From Amphiscolops sp. MND2022 (taxonomy: Eukaryota): DNA of 64,000 nt. The notes below the pieces were generated by a model that saw only the letters and a program-made list of their open reading frames with translations, did no database searches and was not told where the DNA came from. The stretch lies in contig OZ076409.1 of the NCBI GenBank assembly GCA_964187785.1, forward strand, positions 78,618,001 to 78,682,000, read 5' to 3'. This document shows positions 24,591-37,551 of the stretch, in pieces. The position numbers and the translations under genes are program-made. The stretch's first letter is position 1, and the number at the start of each line of letters is the position of its first letter.

Positions 24591-25977
24591 GCTTCTGAAG
24601 TCCCTCGATACCAGTTGAGAAGCAGGCGGCAGCCACGCTACAAATGCGGGACCTGTGGGCTGCGAGACTGTGTCTGCTTGCTAGCCGTCAATGAGAACCG
24701 GAGGGTTCCCACTGGAGCCCGGGGAGTTCCTCCGGAGCGGGGAGAAAATCTAGTGCATCGCCTTACAGTGAGAGCTGAAAAGACTTATTCCTCCCTGGAA
24801 CGATACGGAGACTATCCCGTGGATACTATTCTGGAGAAGTTATCATCACCTGGAGTAGCAAAAGCTCCATGTCCTCGATTCAAGGAGTGGACTAGCGACG
24901 GAAAAGGGTTAGAGTTTACCCTTGCCACGGTGATGCCCCCAGTACCCAGCAATATCGCGTTTGGACCATTCAACTTCGAGCGGGAACCTGTGCAAATGGT
25001 CCGATGCATCACCGCTGATCTTCTCGGTGACAAATACGGACTTCATGTAGACCCGGGCGGAGTATACAGCCCAGCACTGCACTGGTGGTTGCTGGTTACT
25101 GCTCCACGAGTGGAGGCAATAGTGGAACCACTGCACCTGCTGTCCTGCTTGGAAGGTCTGAGGACCCTCACTACTGCGGACTTGATACTTTGCTTCCACA
25201 TTATAGACTGGTATCGTGTCAAAGTGAAGTTCGCGTGGTGGTTGGAACTGATCATCACTTGTTTCACCAATTATCCTCGCATTAGATTGCTGGACGAGTA
25301 GACTCACACTTTCGAAATTCCGCTTTCCCAAAAGCCGCTTTAAGCACCCTGGACACCTGGGTCAAAGCGAGCAGTGAAAATCGAGCGATGCCACGCTCGG
25401 TGTGGCAAGACCTGGTGCAATCCAGGGGCGTACGCCCCGCGTATGCTTACCTGCCGGCAATGGGCCGGGGAGAGAATTTATCTACCCGGGAATTCTGTAT
25501 CCAGCCCCAACAGAGCACCTCTCATATGATGTGACTGATTTTCTACAAGTAGAAGGTGATATGGTGTTAGCGTGTCCCGCTGACCTAGAGACCAACTCAG
25601 CCGCCCTACGGTACGTGCTACGGGAGTGTGGCAAGGAGAATGTGTTCTCTCTACGTCCCAAGGTGGGAGAAATTCTCACCATTCCCTCTGATATCAACCC
25701 AAACCCCAATCAGAGTATTCACTTACTGATAATTAGAGCAAACCAGAGTGCGCCGCTGCTCACCGACGATTACCTACGTTGTATGACACACTTGATACAG
25801 CGTTTGATAGAGAAAGGATCCACGAGGGTCCACCTACCTATACTGGACCCAGAACGACCCGCCCTTTCATTGGTGAACCTGTACCACACCCTAACGAATT
25901 TGCTTGAGGGCACTGGCATTCACGTGGTGCTACACAACCGCGTGTACGTGTCCATTCTGAGCATAGGGCCGGAATAG
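24591..25977 (+). pseudogene. Pol C-terminal extension of element D with two TARG1/OARD1-like macrodomains (interrupted by stops and frameshifts)
   Basis: In frame with the integrase tail across a TAG. Both ~130-aa units align by eye with the OARD1 pattern (AHCISxD, KxGEVxxL, IYYLITK, LxxxLxxM, LxMPxI, VFxxTDIxITV). Confidence 0.6.
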
Positions 25978-26264
25978 CCTGCCCAAAGCTCTTTTCTGTT
26001 GCCCCCTACTTAATTTTTCCACCCCGGTAATTGTCATGTCTGGGAGGAAGTCTTAAACTATCCCATGGAATGATTAACTTGTAATGTATCGTTAAATAAC
26101 TCCTATCTTTATGTTCTAGTTAGTTAGTTGAACTACAATTTACACTTGTTGCGGTTCCCTTATCGAGCCATCTTTGCACCATTGTAACTGGATGATGAGC
26201 CCTAAGCTCTCCCCATAATGCACCTAGTAAGCCTAACGGTAATCCTTTTTAGACCTATGATATA

Positions 26265-29200
26265 ATGGCTTATTACCCCAACAGCACGGTGCCTATCCCC
26301 ACGACGGGACCTCATAGCAATAGGTCTCAAGAATTGCCTGCGCGAGCGCTGAGGACTAATCAAGTCCAATATGTAGAAGAGCGATTGAGGAACGGCCTTT
26401 CACCGTTAGCGGTAGCGGGCGTGGCCGCCCTGCTCACTCAACTAGACACGACGCAGACGCTGCCAGGTGTATCTGTGTCTCTGGTGACGGAAGTAGCTGG
26501 CTACCGTCGCACGCTAACCTGTCAGAACAATGCTTGGGATGGCCACGACTTGACGCATCAATTCCTAGATGAACGATCTACCACAATGCTTGGCCCCAAC
26601 CAGGGCACGAGGTTCGAGCAAGAAGCTTCCCTGTGTATGGTGCCTGCCAACGTTGCAACAATGCCACCACCTCAGATGGTCGCATTGCCTCCACCAGCAC
26701 CAAAAACAGTACCAATGACGCCAACCTACTCCGGTTCGCCTGCCTTTGGGACGTCGTACCAAGCGCCACACATGGTATCGCAAACCACAACTAGTGCACC
26801 AGTCTCTGATCGGTAGCCCTCGGGGTCCTGGTTGCCACCCATACCAAACCCAGAGCTGACTGGAAGGAGTACCAGCGAACAGGCCGTAATTGTGGCATTA
26901 CAAGCAGTGGCCAACTATCCGAACTCCTCCGATTTTGTCCGTGCCGTAGAGCAAAGAATCCCTGGACTAGCCACTTATCTGCAAGCTGCCGTTCAGCCCT
27001 CGGGCTGTGATCCTCCTGCTCCTCTAGTCGAGACAGCATCTATGGATGTAGAAATTGCTGCTGGACCAAGCAATAGCGCAAGCGCTGCTACTGGCGCACG
27101 AGAAGAAGCCGGGAGAAAGCGACTCACCGAAGAAACTGCCTCAATCACCCCAGCTGGCTCAGTAACCGAGAGCCCGACTAGTCGTCCCCCTCCCGACAAA
27201 CGCGCTGATGTACCTCGACCCCAGCTGAAAAGTGTAGTCATCCCTAGGCCTCCATACCGAGTGGGTCATCTAGGCCGAGGCACGCCTCAGATGTCTCTAG
27301 CGGACGCAATCGAGCAGTATGGAGATCCGGATGCAGGCTCGGAAGTGAGCTCTGTGTCCTCGGGCACGAATCCAATAGATATGTCCCTGGAGATACCTGA
27401 GACGGTAGAGGAGGCCCGCCCTCCAGCCTTCCTCCCTCCCTCTGATGACGTATCTGGATCAGTAGTCACAAATGATAGCAAACGCATTTGGATGGCCGCT
27501 GAGCACCTTTACCCTAGTCAATGTGCTATAAAGAAGAGGACCCCTCCCACTGAGACGGAGCAAAAGGAAATTAATCGAACCACAATTCCGGCGCAGGTCA
27601 CGCGTTCGCTGCGTCCCCGTGACGCAGACATGTCAGAGCAGGCTTGGGAACAGCGTGCTCGAGAGCAGCTGCCCACGACGACTAACGATTACATGGCACC
27701 CCTGCAGCATAACATCACCGAGCAGTTCCCCGCACGGTACGTGTTGCAAGAAGGTGAGACCTGGGAAGCGAACGCCCGCTACGCCCGTAACTTGAGATCT
27801 CTGAAGCCCCTATTGAAAGCAGCTTTGCAGCGCGCGCGCTACTGCATGGCAGTCGATTCTACCTGCCGGAGTGATCTGCCTATTGACAACTTGATGCCCG
27901 ACGTGCTGGTACTGACTATGCCCCTGTCTCGCTTCGCTGAGATCGCTGAGATGGTTGGAGCCATATACGACCCAAACCTAAGAGGATCACAGAAAGAGCC
28001 GCCTCCACAGCGCGTGATCTTTGCCAACCTTCTGGATCACATGGCTTGCAAAGGGTTGCTGCGTGATCTAGACGCCATAATGTCCGATGTCCGACGACCT
28101 GGAGACATTGCAGCCTTAGTAAATGAGGTTGTCGGTGCAATGGAACGTGCCGCAGGGATCCTTCGGGGTCGTTTGGGAGCGCTTGCGCTCTTTGTATCCC
28201 CACCAGGATTTATGTACTGGCCACGAAGCCTGCAGCAGTTTGTTTACATTCTGCTGGAGGTCTGCAAGGCGCGCAGAGCCGAATTCGCTATCTGTGCACC
28301 AAACCTGCGTGTAGACCGAGAGGACCTGCGCCCAGATGCCTTATCGTATCCAGCCTTCTTTGCCGCTGTATCTAGAGCGCTCGTTGCTATAGAACGCTCG
28401 GGAAATGCCCAGTTAACCATTGACGACGCTATCTACTATGATCATGGAATGCGAATGGGCAGAATGGCCTTCGACCTCGACGGCAACCGCATCTCCCGAG
28501 AGTCAAACGTGACCAAACGAGAGGCTGTTCGTCGTTACAATTGGCTGGTGCGAAAGGACAAAGAAATCCCAGTGCGTGCAGAGCTAGCCGAGCTGACAAA
28601 ACAAATCGGTGCATGGCCTGCAGCGCGCACCGTTGAGAGGACAATTCCACAGATCCACTTCGCCTCAGGAATCGAGCCCGTGAAGCTGTCCGTAGGACTG
28701 CGGTGCATCGTGGCAATTGAAGCAACCAACCTGAAGGCCGAGGTCGACGCCGCAGCTAGCACTTATGCCTATTGGTACCAAACTAGGTTTGCCGCCAGGA
28801 TTCTAGCAGAAGTAGCTCGAGAGCTCAACTGTCCGTTGGAAGCCTTCTGCACCAGTCTTGGTCTGGGATGGAACCTTGAAGTGATAACTTCCGAGTTTTC
28901 GCTTACCCCCACGCAAACAGACAAGCTACTAGAAACCATTGGAGAGGCCACTGTCGGAGAAATACTAGCGCTCGCGCAAGCGATGGGTCCAACGAAGTTT
29001 GTAGCCGGACCACTAGCACTATTAGTCGACATCGTGATTGCCTGCGACCTCACCGTATTCTACAGTTACTTGGTCCTAGCACAAGGACAACTGCGCAGCC
29101 TGACCCGTTGGGGACATTTAATGACCTCAAAGGACCAACAAGATTATTCCGCCCAGTTGGAGCGCATGCGTGCGTCGATCCAGCATTGGCTGTATTCCAT

Positions 29201-30572
29201 CTTGGTGTTTGCCTCCGGTCTATTCGTGGGTGTGGACCAGTCCCAGCCACTACACAACTCAGACCAGCAAATCCCACGAGAAACGGCAGGATTCCCCTTG
29301 CCGCAGCAGATCGCTGATCTCACCCTAGCTGAGGTAGAGGATTTCGTGGCAGCCATGGCTCCCGTCCTGGCCCCCATCTTTGGCGCAGTGGGCGTGTGCC
29401 GATACCCTACCAAGCCTTTAGCAACAGCAGTCCAAGAACACATGGTCTCATTTAGCACTTATCTGCGAGGCCGTCCCTCACTGGCATATCCAAGAGTAAT
29501 ACATGCCGTGCTGAGTGGTGAAGTGCCGCATGGATATACGACCCTGAAGTCTGAAAGGGAGCTGGAGGATAACCTGATGGGTTTGTTGCGCGCGCGCACC
29601 AGGAAAGCATGCCCTCTGCCTCGAGAACATGGCCCTGTGAATTGGTACTCCGCACCTCTCAGTTTGGAAGGAGTCCCCTTCAGATTCCCGTGGAGTCAGG
29701 AATTCATAAGGAAGGCGATCCGCGCCAGCACTAGTGCTGGTCCACCTGTAGACCCCTTATACTGTTTTAAATGCATCGCCTTCCCAAACCGCTATTGAAA
29801 GGAACCGTTGGGTTGGCCAAGGGCGAAACCCGTTGGACGCGCCCCTGGGATTTTCAACCGTCAAATCCAGCACCTGGAACCAGCCCAGATACCAGGATGG
29901 ATTGAAGGCGCTGCTCAGATCAGACAACGAAATCTCCAATCCCGTGTTATCCCATTCCCCCGGAAGTCGGCGTGGAAGCCCCAAGGAAAGATGACCATGT
30001 CTGGAGATATGTCCATCGTCCAACATGATGAGATCAATTCTGTGTTGGGCTCGACAGAACGAGCAAGATGGGAGGAGTATTGTCTGGAGTTGGAGATTGC
30101 TAGCTTCCCTAAATGGAAGAGAGCTTGCGAGCTCTGGAGCCAACCTGGGTGGATCTCACGCAGAGTTGCATTAGCCGTGGAAGGCAGAGCGGAAATAGCG
30201 AGACAACAGTCGTTCGCGCCTAACATGCTCGCGCCAACGATGGCGATGTCTTTGGATCGGCCCATCTCTCAACCGATCACCATTAACCTTCCAACCCACA
30301 ACTTGGAGCCAGAACCAGTTGGCCCGTCATCGTCACGAACTAGTCCTCAGTCCTCGCAGCAGCAGTCAGGATAGCACGCAGCTGAGTTGACTCCCAATGC
30401 AGCGCTAGTGCAGCCCATTGCCGAGTTATCGCTCCCCGAAGATCTGTCGGACTCTGAAACGGTTGCCACAGAAGTCTCTCCCCGACGTCGAGCGTCAGTG
30501 TCGACTGATAATGCAGAACAGACCCCCGATGATACCACCAAAGAGCGGACCCGACGCAGTTCGGCTCAATGA
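26265..30572 (+). pseudogene. Extra ORF of element D (~1435 codons, three in-frame stops) with a degenerate SGNH/GDSL-fold domain
   Basis: ORFs at 26265, 26832, 29808 and 30387 share one frame, each separated by a single stop. SGNH-like blocks AVDS, VLTMP, RVIFANLLDH and DLRP. Confidence 0.7.
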
Positions 30573-31309
30573 ACCCAGCCGCTAACGGGAGCGTTCGCGC
30601 TCCCAGTACACTCGAAAAACTGCCAACAAAACAGTGCCTTAGAACTTCTCATCCAGAACGGTGCTACAATACGAAGTGCAATTTTTGTTCATAGTTATGG
30701 TTATATGATTAGTGTACCATTAGTGTTGCACTGGGTGTACGGCCAATAGAGTACGCCTGCCCCAGTGGTTTGAACTACCAAGCAGAAAGAAAAGAAAAAC
30801 TATTATTCAGAAAACTGCTATTTTTGTTGCACACCGTTCGCGGTGTTTTTGAGTTGTCACAATCAAAAGAAGTTTTATCCCTCTTGGTTGCATTTTTCTT
30901 TCTAGTCTAGTGTTCTTTATCAATTTGGTTGTTTACTGTAAGAGCCCGCAAGCTCTAAAAAAGTTTTAAATCGCCAGAAATGAATTGAAGACTACAAGTG
31001 TCAAATGGTTAGGAAAAGAAATTTTAGCTGATTTTGGTCGCAAATAAAGTTTTCACGCAAATTGGCTTCCCAAACGAGTTTTAACCGGCTGAAAACTTTA
31101 GCTCTCGAGCTGGTGCTAAAACCTCGTTTGCGTTTTGTACAAGTAGCTAGGCAGTAAGTTTTTTTTGAGAAAAACCGCAAAAACTGACCAAAATTGTTGC
31201 CGAAAAACAAGGACTCGTCCTTGTTCCCTGATGTGTGGATGATGGTTCCCAGCAGTCACTGTGATGCAGTTTCCAGACGAGCCCAGACGCCGCTTACCAG
31301 GGACGACAA

Positions 31310-31329
31310 GCCAGGAGCCTGGGGAGTGA
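31310..31329 (+). promoter_or_regulatory. Polypurine-tract-like sequence of element D
   Basis: ccaggagcctGGGGAGTGA directly precedes the 3' LTR. Confidence 0.65.
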
Positions 31330-32057
31330 TGTAACGGCAAGCTCTGGTACAGCAATATCCACCGACATGTTTAGAAATTTTGTCAAAAATTCGTTCAAAT
31401 TTGACGTGGCACCCAAACATGCTCAAGACGAAGTACCTGCCAGAAAAAGCACCCCAAAAAAGCAGAAATTGCCGCTCGCGACAAACAAGCACCGGAGACG
31501 ACTAAAAGACGTCCCCAACACATACAGAACACGGTATTGTGTCCATCTCTAGGAGATATCCGTTACTACAGTAGAGAAAACCAGTGTTCCAGATGTTCGC
31601 CTGAGTGTTCCTGCGGTATCCTGTGTGGCAACTAGCGCTAGCGCTGGGAAGCTGAGGTCAATTTCCATCAAATGACTCTGAACTCTTGATTTCTTGTTGT
31701 ATTTTTCGATGTGATAAATTAATGTGCTCGAGAGCTGTTATCTAACATCTGTTTATCCAATTTGGCGATTTTATCAGATTCTCCAATACTACGGTTCAAC
31801 CTTCACCGATTTTCAGCCCGATTTTTAAAGGCTAGTTGAGCAGTGGTATTGAGTCATGCAAGATGCCTGTTACTTTTAGCAGTTACAGACTAGGACCAGG
31901 CCAGAGAGTATCCTACAAGACGGTTCCCCCAACTTGGGACTGGCTCCTTCGGAGGGAAAATGAGCTAGGGCCGCGGAGATCTAGGTCCCAGATTATATTC
32001 GCTGTTCTAGTTCCTCCACTCTAAGTTGCGGTTCAAGCGCCAGCGCTTATCGTTACA
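31330..32057 (+). repeat. 3' LTR of element D
   Basis: Direct repeat of 13375-14102. Confidence 0.95.
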
Positions 32058-33942
32058 TTTTCTTTGTTTCTACGAAAAAGGCAGGTACTTGGAAAACAAA
32101 GAGCACGATCGAGCAAGAACACAAAAAAGGCGCCACCAGAGACACGAGACACCCAGAGGCTGTGAAAACTTCTGAAACAGACTCTCTTACAGGTGCTAGA
32201 ACCGGTTTTTCTTGATTTCAGCATTATGCTACCTTAAATAGCCGAAACCGCAAAATGAGTCTTCTCGTCTATTTTACGAATCTGTGTCTGTGGTGCCCCA
32301 GCGTACAAGCTGAAGGTGGATGTTGCCAAATAATTGTTATGGACGTGATTATGGCCATTTTAGACGTTATTCCCATGTCACTCTGAGAGGCGAAATCTAC
32401 ACTATTTCTTTTTGGGATGTTTTTAAAACCTGCCTAAACGGTGATCCTGAACGATAAAAAGCAAGATGCCCGTTAGTGATAGCAGTTACAGACTCGGATA
32501 GGTCGGCAAATGTTCCTTAGAAGCCGAATCCTCTCCTGACGGGACATGTTTAACCTCAGGAGGCAAAATGGGCATATAGCCATGGGCGCCTCTCTTGGGC
32601 AAAGAACCTTGTCATAAGTTCTTCCATCTTCCCAGACGGAGAAGCGACGGTGATTGCTTGTCCTTGCAAAAGGGATTCGGTAAGGACCTTAGCTTGCTCT
32701 CAATGATGCCAGTTGAAACAACGATCTTTCCAGCAAAGTCGTCCGTAAACTTCAATGTCTTCCTCGACAAGAAACAACTCGTATTTCATTTTTGCTGTGT
32801 TGTATTCACGTTTTGATATTGTGTCAGATTATGTCTCGGTGAAGATGTTCCAGAAATTGCATCCACATTTTATGCTTCCGGATAGGAAAATATGATGCCT
32901 GAGAGAACAGACACTATTTTTCGAGTTCTCTCATTGTGGTATGTTTCAAACGTTGGTTTTGGCAAATTTTCAAAAGATGGCAACATGAAAAGACAGCTTC
33001 CAAAAGTACCATGACAATATAAAATCAAGGATGTATCGGGTGGCAAGAAGCTGGCAAGGCTGAAAAGACGGCTTCCAAAAGTAGCATAACAGTTTAAAAT
33101 CAAGGACGTATCGGATGGGCAAAAGATGATCGGTCACGCGACAATTCAAATTGGCGTCTTTTGAAACGCGAATTTAGTACCCAATTCAAACCAGTTGAAG
33201 AAACCCGGTTAAGAGTGATTGCGTTCAATAAATAAGACGAACAGTGGAGATGGCTACGCACGAGCGCATTCATCACCTGAGAATCGCCGTGAATATCAAT
33301 TGAGTGATATATTGCATTTAATTGCTATGCAGTAGTCCGGCTCTCACACTATGGCCTTATAGAAACCACTAGTTGCCCGTATTGAGACTCCATTCAATCT
33401 CATCGAGAAACTTTAATCAAAGCAGTCACTGAAATTTGGATTTCCTAAAAACACGATAGCCGCTGTTTGCAGATATTTCGCAGATATTCCATAGAAGGGA
33501 AAAACTAACAATAAATGACGTCTAGAAAACTTTCGATAAACCATTGAAAGCGATTCCTTGAATTAAGTTCATCGCTCCATACACACTTGTAACAAAGTTT
33601 GATGTATCTTTTCATACTAGACTATCTTATCATTTAGGACATCGAAACACTCATTTCAGTTCACCAACTTCAGGAAAAAACGTTTATTCTTATCGTTTCC
33701 AAAGCATCAAGTAACTCCACGCTGAATGAGTATATTTGGTCTTATCAAACATCTAATTTATTGCAAAATAAATTCTAACGTAAAATGAAAGTCAATGTTT
33801 TTCCTCGTCATCCATTGACCATGACTATTTTTCCGTGATTGTGGAATCATTAGCGAACCCATGAATCATGGATTGGAATTCATGAGAAGTAAACCTCTAG
33901 TTATAGTTTAAATTTATTCGAATAATGTCTCTCCATCAAAAC

Positions 33943-34572
33943 AAACAAGCCGGGGCGGCCCAGGTCGGCGCCCCGCTCAAGTTTCTTGAATGTGCACAGT
34001 ACACTATTTTTAAACTTTTATCACTTTCTCAGTACCGAAAAGTACTCCAAAGGATACGCATAAGACTCGGAAAGCACACTTCCCTAACTGGGAACACAAA
34101 AAATCCATTTTTCGAAAAAAAATGTTCAATGTTTTCGGAAAACTCTCATAGTGCCCAAAAAGGAACTTTCAGCTCGAAAAACCACCTTTCCTCAAACCGA
34201 AATCAAATATGAAAGTGGGAGGGTGTCCTTTTACCAAATGAAAGTGTCAACAAAGTATGATAAAGTATTGCGAATAAAACAACTGTTCCGTTAAGTTGAA
34301 AAAGAATAAGGTCTCACAATACGGAAAAAAATCCAAAGAGGGGACTCTTTTGTATCATTGAAAAATTCTCCAAGAAACGTCATGTCCGGTATTTGTTATA
34401 TCCGGTTTGCGCCAAAAAAGTCCAAAGGGAAGACATTTTGCCTTCATATGATTTTATATCAACTCAAAATGTTCTAAAGACCGAAAGGGGACCCTTTTGT
34501 AACATATGGAAAAAATTGACGAAAAGCCAAGATAATAGTCGTTTTATTCTAAAGGAAAGCGTCGACTAAAAA
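33943..34572 (+). repeat. Interspersed repeat related to 3872-4262 (HINE-like)
   Basis: aaacaagccggggcggcccaggtcggcgcc start, gggaccc motifs, and a tagtcg...cgactaaaa end. Confidence 0.45.
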
Positions 34573-34822
34573 TAGTCCAATAGATTGTGAACATGCCAAA
34601 CTTCAGCAAAACGTCTATTTCCATACTTGTGAATCACGTTTGCAGGGATTTTAGCTTTTAGATGCCCATTGGTGGACTGTGATGTGGTCCCTCTACGTCT
34701 AGCAACCGCTTTAAGGCTCACGAGCGTTTTGTAGCTTAGAAGGAAGAGCATTAAGCTGTCATTTTTCAAACAGCGGGTTCAAGTCCCGAAAGCTCCTCAT
34801 GCTTTTTTGCCGTATATACATT

Positions 34823-35508
34823 CCCGGGTTTCCCTCTCATACAAAAACGGGTTGATCATACTCTGGACCATATATGGACAGCCTGGAACCATAAAAAGAA
34901 AATCAGGATAACGTAGTCAATTAACGTATACGCTGATGGAATTACTTGACATTCCTCAACCAAAGTACCAATACAACCACCAAATTGAAAACAAGGTAGC
35001 AATCATCAATTTTTGGCAGCTTTTGCTGAATTATTTGTAATTTTTCTCGAAATAATCGAAAATCACACTGCAAAGTGGGTACCGCTATAGCAAAAGAGTT
35101 AGTTATTAACTAAGGAGTTGCTGAGAACAAATGGAGTGACTACGGTTTGCTTTTTAGCCACGCTAAGAGCTTAACGGAGTTCTGACCTTCAATGTATCGT
35201 TCGCAGATACAAAAGGTCAAATGAGGCTCTATTGCCCTCAGCCTATAAAGCTGGCTCTTCTGAATATTTGAAAAAAATGTATAAGTTGCATGTCACGTTA
35301 ACCCGCGTTTGGAACAAAAGATTATGATTGCAGTTTGATCATAACTGGGCCATTTATGATTCCAGACTGTACCATAGAAGTTTATAGTTGCAGGTTGACC
35401 ATACTCTGAATCATATATGATTCCAGATTGATCATGGTAAGATCATAGAAAAAATCAAACGGTACCATATTTGATCAGAGTATAATCAACCTGGTCGGAA
35501 AACCCGGG
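34823..35508. mobile_element. MITE with CCCGGGTTT termini (CMC-like, 2-bp TT flanks)
   Basis: cccgggtttc..ggttgatcatactctggaccatatatgg is mirrored by ccatatttgatcagagtataatcaacc..aaacccggg. Confidence 0.6.
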
Positions 35509-37551
35509 TTATGAAGAATTTGTATCAAACTCGCCTTTGCTGATTACAACAAATGGGACCAAAGGTTAAGTCAGTAGAATTGGCTAAAAAAGTATATTAC
35601 GAAAAATGCTAAGAATTTTTTAATTCAACTTTTTCAAGCGCTCTTGAAGATATATTCAGAAAGTTCGCATGAATTCGAACTGTCTCAGCAGAAATTTTAA
35701 TCATTCAATTTACACGGAAACTGCAAGGCCATTGCTCAACTTTTCAGCCTGTGTGAACAAAGCAGTTTGTAAAAGATGTTCACTCCGAATGATCTCGGCT
35801 TGGATTTCAAATTGTGCCAACTTGAACAAATTCCCAATAGTCTGTACAAGTCACCTATCACATGCACTCCACCGTTTCAAAGCCTAGACCGGAATGACAT
35901 CTTCGATTTTATCAACTCAAATCCCATCCAGCTTTTCTGAACTTCTTTCATCTAGAAGCTTCCGCCAGATTAAAGAACAAGTCGAATAAATGTAATTTCT
36001 TCAAATTGAATGTAATCTATAGAACTTATTGACTGTAGAATCGTGTTTGTAGAATTTATAAAATCCAAATTTCAAGGTTCTGTCGTGGAGTGACTTTTAT
36101 CTAGGGAGTCGAGGAAAATGACCATGGTAAAACCAATAGCCCAAAAGCTTCTCCACAGATTTGTTTACAAAAACATGTTTAAATAGACACCATAATTAAA
36201 GGGGCCGTAAATTTAAACCAGATCGTGCAACTAAACTAATATTTTCAAGTAAAGCAAAATGTTTAAACCACGGGCCCATGGATTTTGGCTACGAATCAGG
36301 TAAACAAGAAAAGTTCGCCAGAGGTTATGGATTGAACGATACTAAGGCAAAAAGTTGCAATCTTGAACACTTCATTTTTTGCTGTAATTAGAGCCTTAGA
36401 TTTTGTCAGCACAAGAAGCACGTTCCAGACTAATTCTGCGGGTCGAAGCTATCTGATCTTGTTTTATTTCAGAGACGAATGAACTCGCAAACACATGACT
36501 AAATAGCAAAATTCAAAAAAACCTTCAGACGAAATGAACTAAACAACTGATTTGTAACAAGCAATTGGCAAGCGTTAGATTTGGCACTGTATACCTTGCC
36601 CTTTCGTTTTGAAGGAAAAATGTAGACCTACAAAATCAGAAATTGAGAGAAACGCTGAGGAAAACTAATCAAAAACGGAGCGAATAAGTCGAAAGAAAAG
36701 CGTTTTATGCCATACAAAAGCATTTGGCATTTTAAGAATCAACCTTGAACGACGACTACAGAAGAGAATACAATGACGAAAATCTGCATGACGTCTGAAT
36801 AACGTCAATTTTTATTATCTCTGCGATAGCAGCAAATTATTAAAATCTCAAGATTTCAACTTTTTCCTGTAAAATTTTTGTCGTGATGCTGAATAATCCT
36901 GATATTTTGTTCGGCAGTGAGTATAAGCGTGAGATTTAAATTTCTCATTCTGCCGACAACAAGTTGTTTCTCGTGCGATGGAACGAGCGTGTGGTAATTA
37001 TGCTTTCGTACGCCGAGTTATTTGGATGAAGCGAACGAGTGTTAATTATTCGTTCGCCGAGAGCTTTGACTGCAATCCAATGCGAATGCGAAACTTCGTC
37101 TACGCGTAGTAGTTATGTTTTCTTTAGTCCGAGAAGAATTAAAGCGGTGTAAACTGGTAGTGATTAATTGTGCGCTATATAAATGATTGAGATATGCTTC
37201 TATTATTAAAGATGAAAGCCTAAAAACAGAAATAATACTGTGTCCCCCAGGTGCCTATTAAAAATTTCAATAACTTGAAGCAGTGAAAAAAACATGGGTA
37301 CCAGCTCGACGCAAATTATAAATTCTAACGTTTTTTTAGAAAGCAGGGATTATGAAGTATGGGGTCAAGTAAACAAACTCAATTGATAAACTGGTTTAAT
37401 AGCCTTTAAATTTCGATCAGCTTAAACCATAGTGTAATCTGTACATCGACATTACAGTTATAATGTTAACTTCAACAGAGTCATTTTAAGTAAGCGCATT
37501 TCGCAAGAAACGGGTCCGACTATTACAGTGACTTTTTTCGTGGAGTCTGTT

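Larger units (their letters stand above)
13375..32057 (+). mobile_element. Large (18.7 kb) Ty3/Gypsy LTR retrotransposon D with extended Pol and an extra ORF; defective copy
   Basis: Two 728-bp LTRs (TGTAACG...CGTTACA; about 6 substitutions seen), PBS, PPT, and gag-PR-RT-RH-IN order. Confidence 0.95.

Noticed and set aside
26265..30572. env gene
   Set aside because: No signal peptide, furin site/fusion peptide pair or clear C-terminal transmembrane anchor was seen
32995..33125. Imperfect ~74-bp tandem duplication
   Set aside because: Two diverged copies only, with no associated structure
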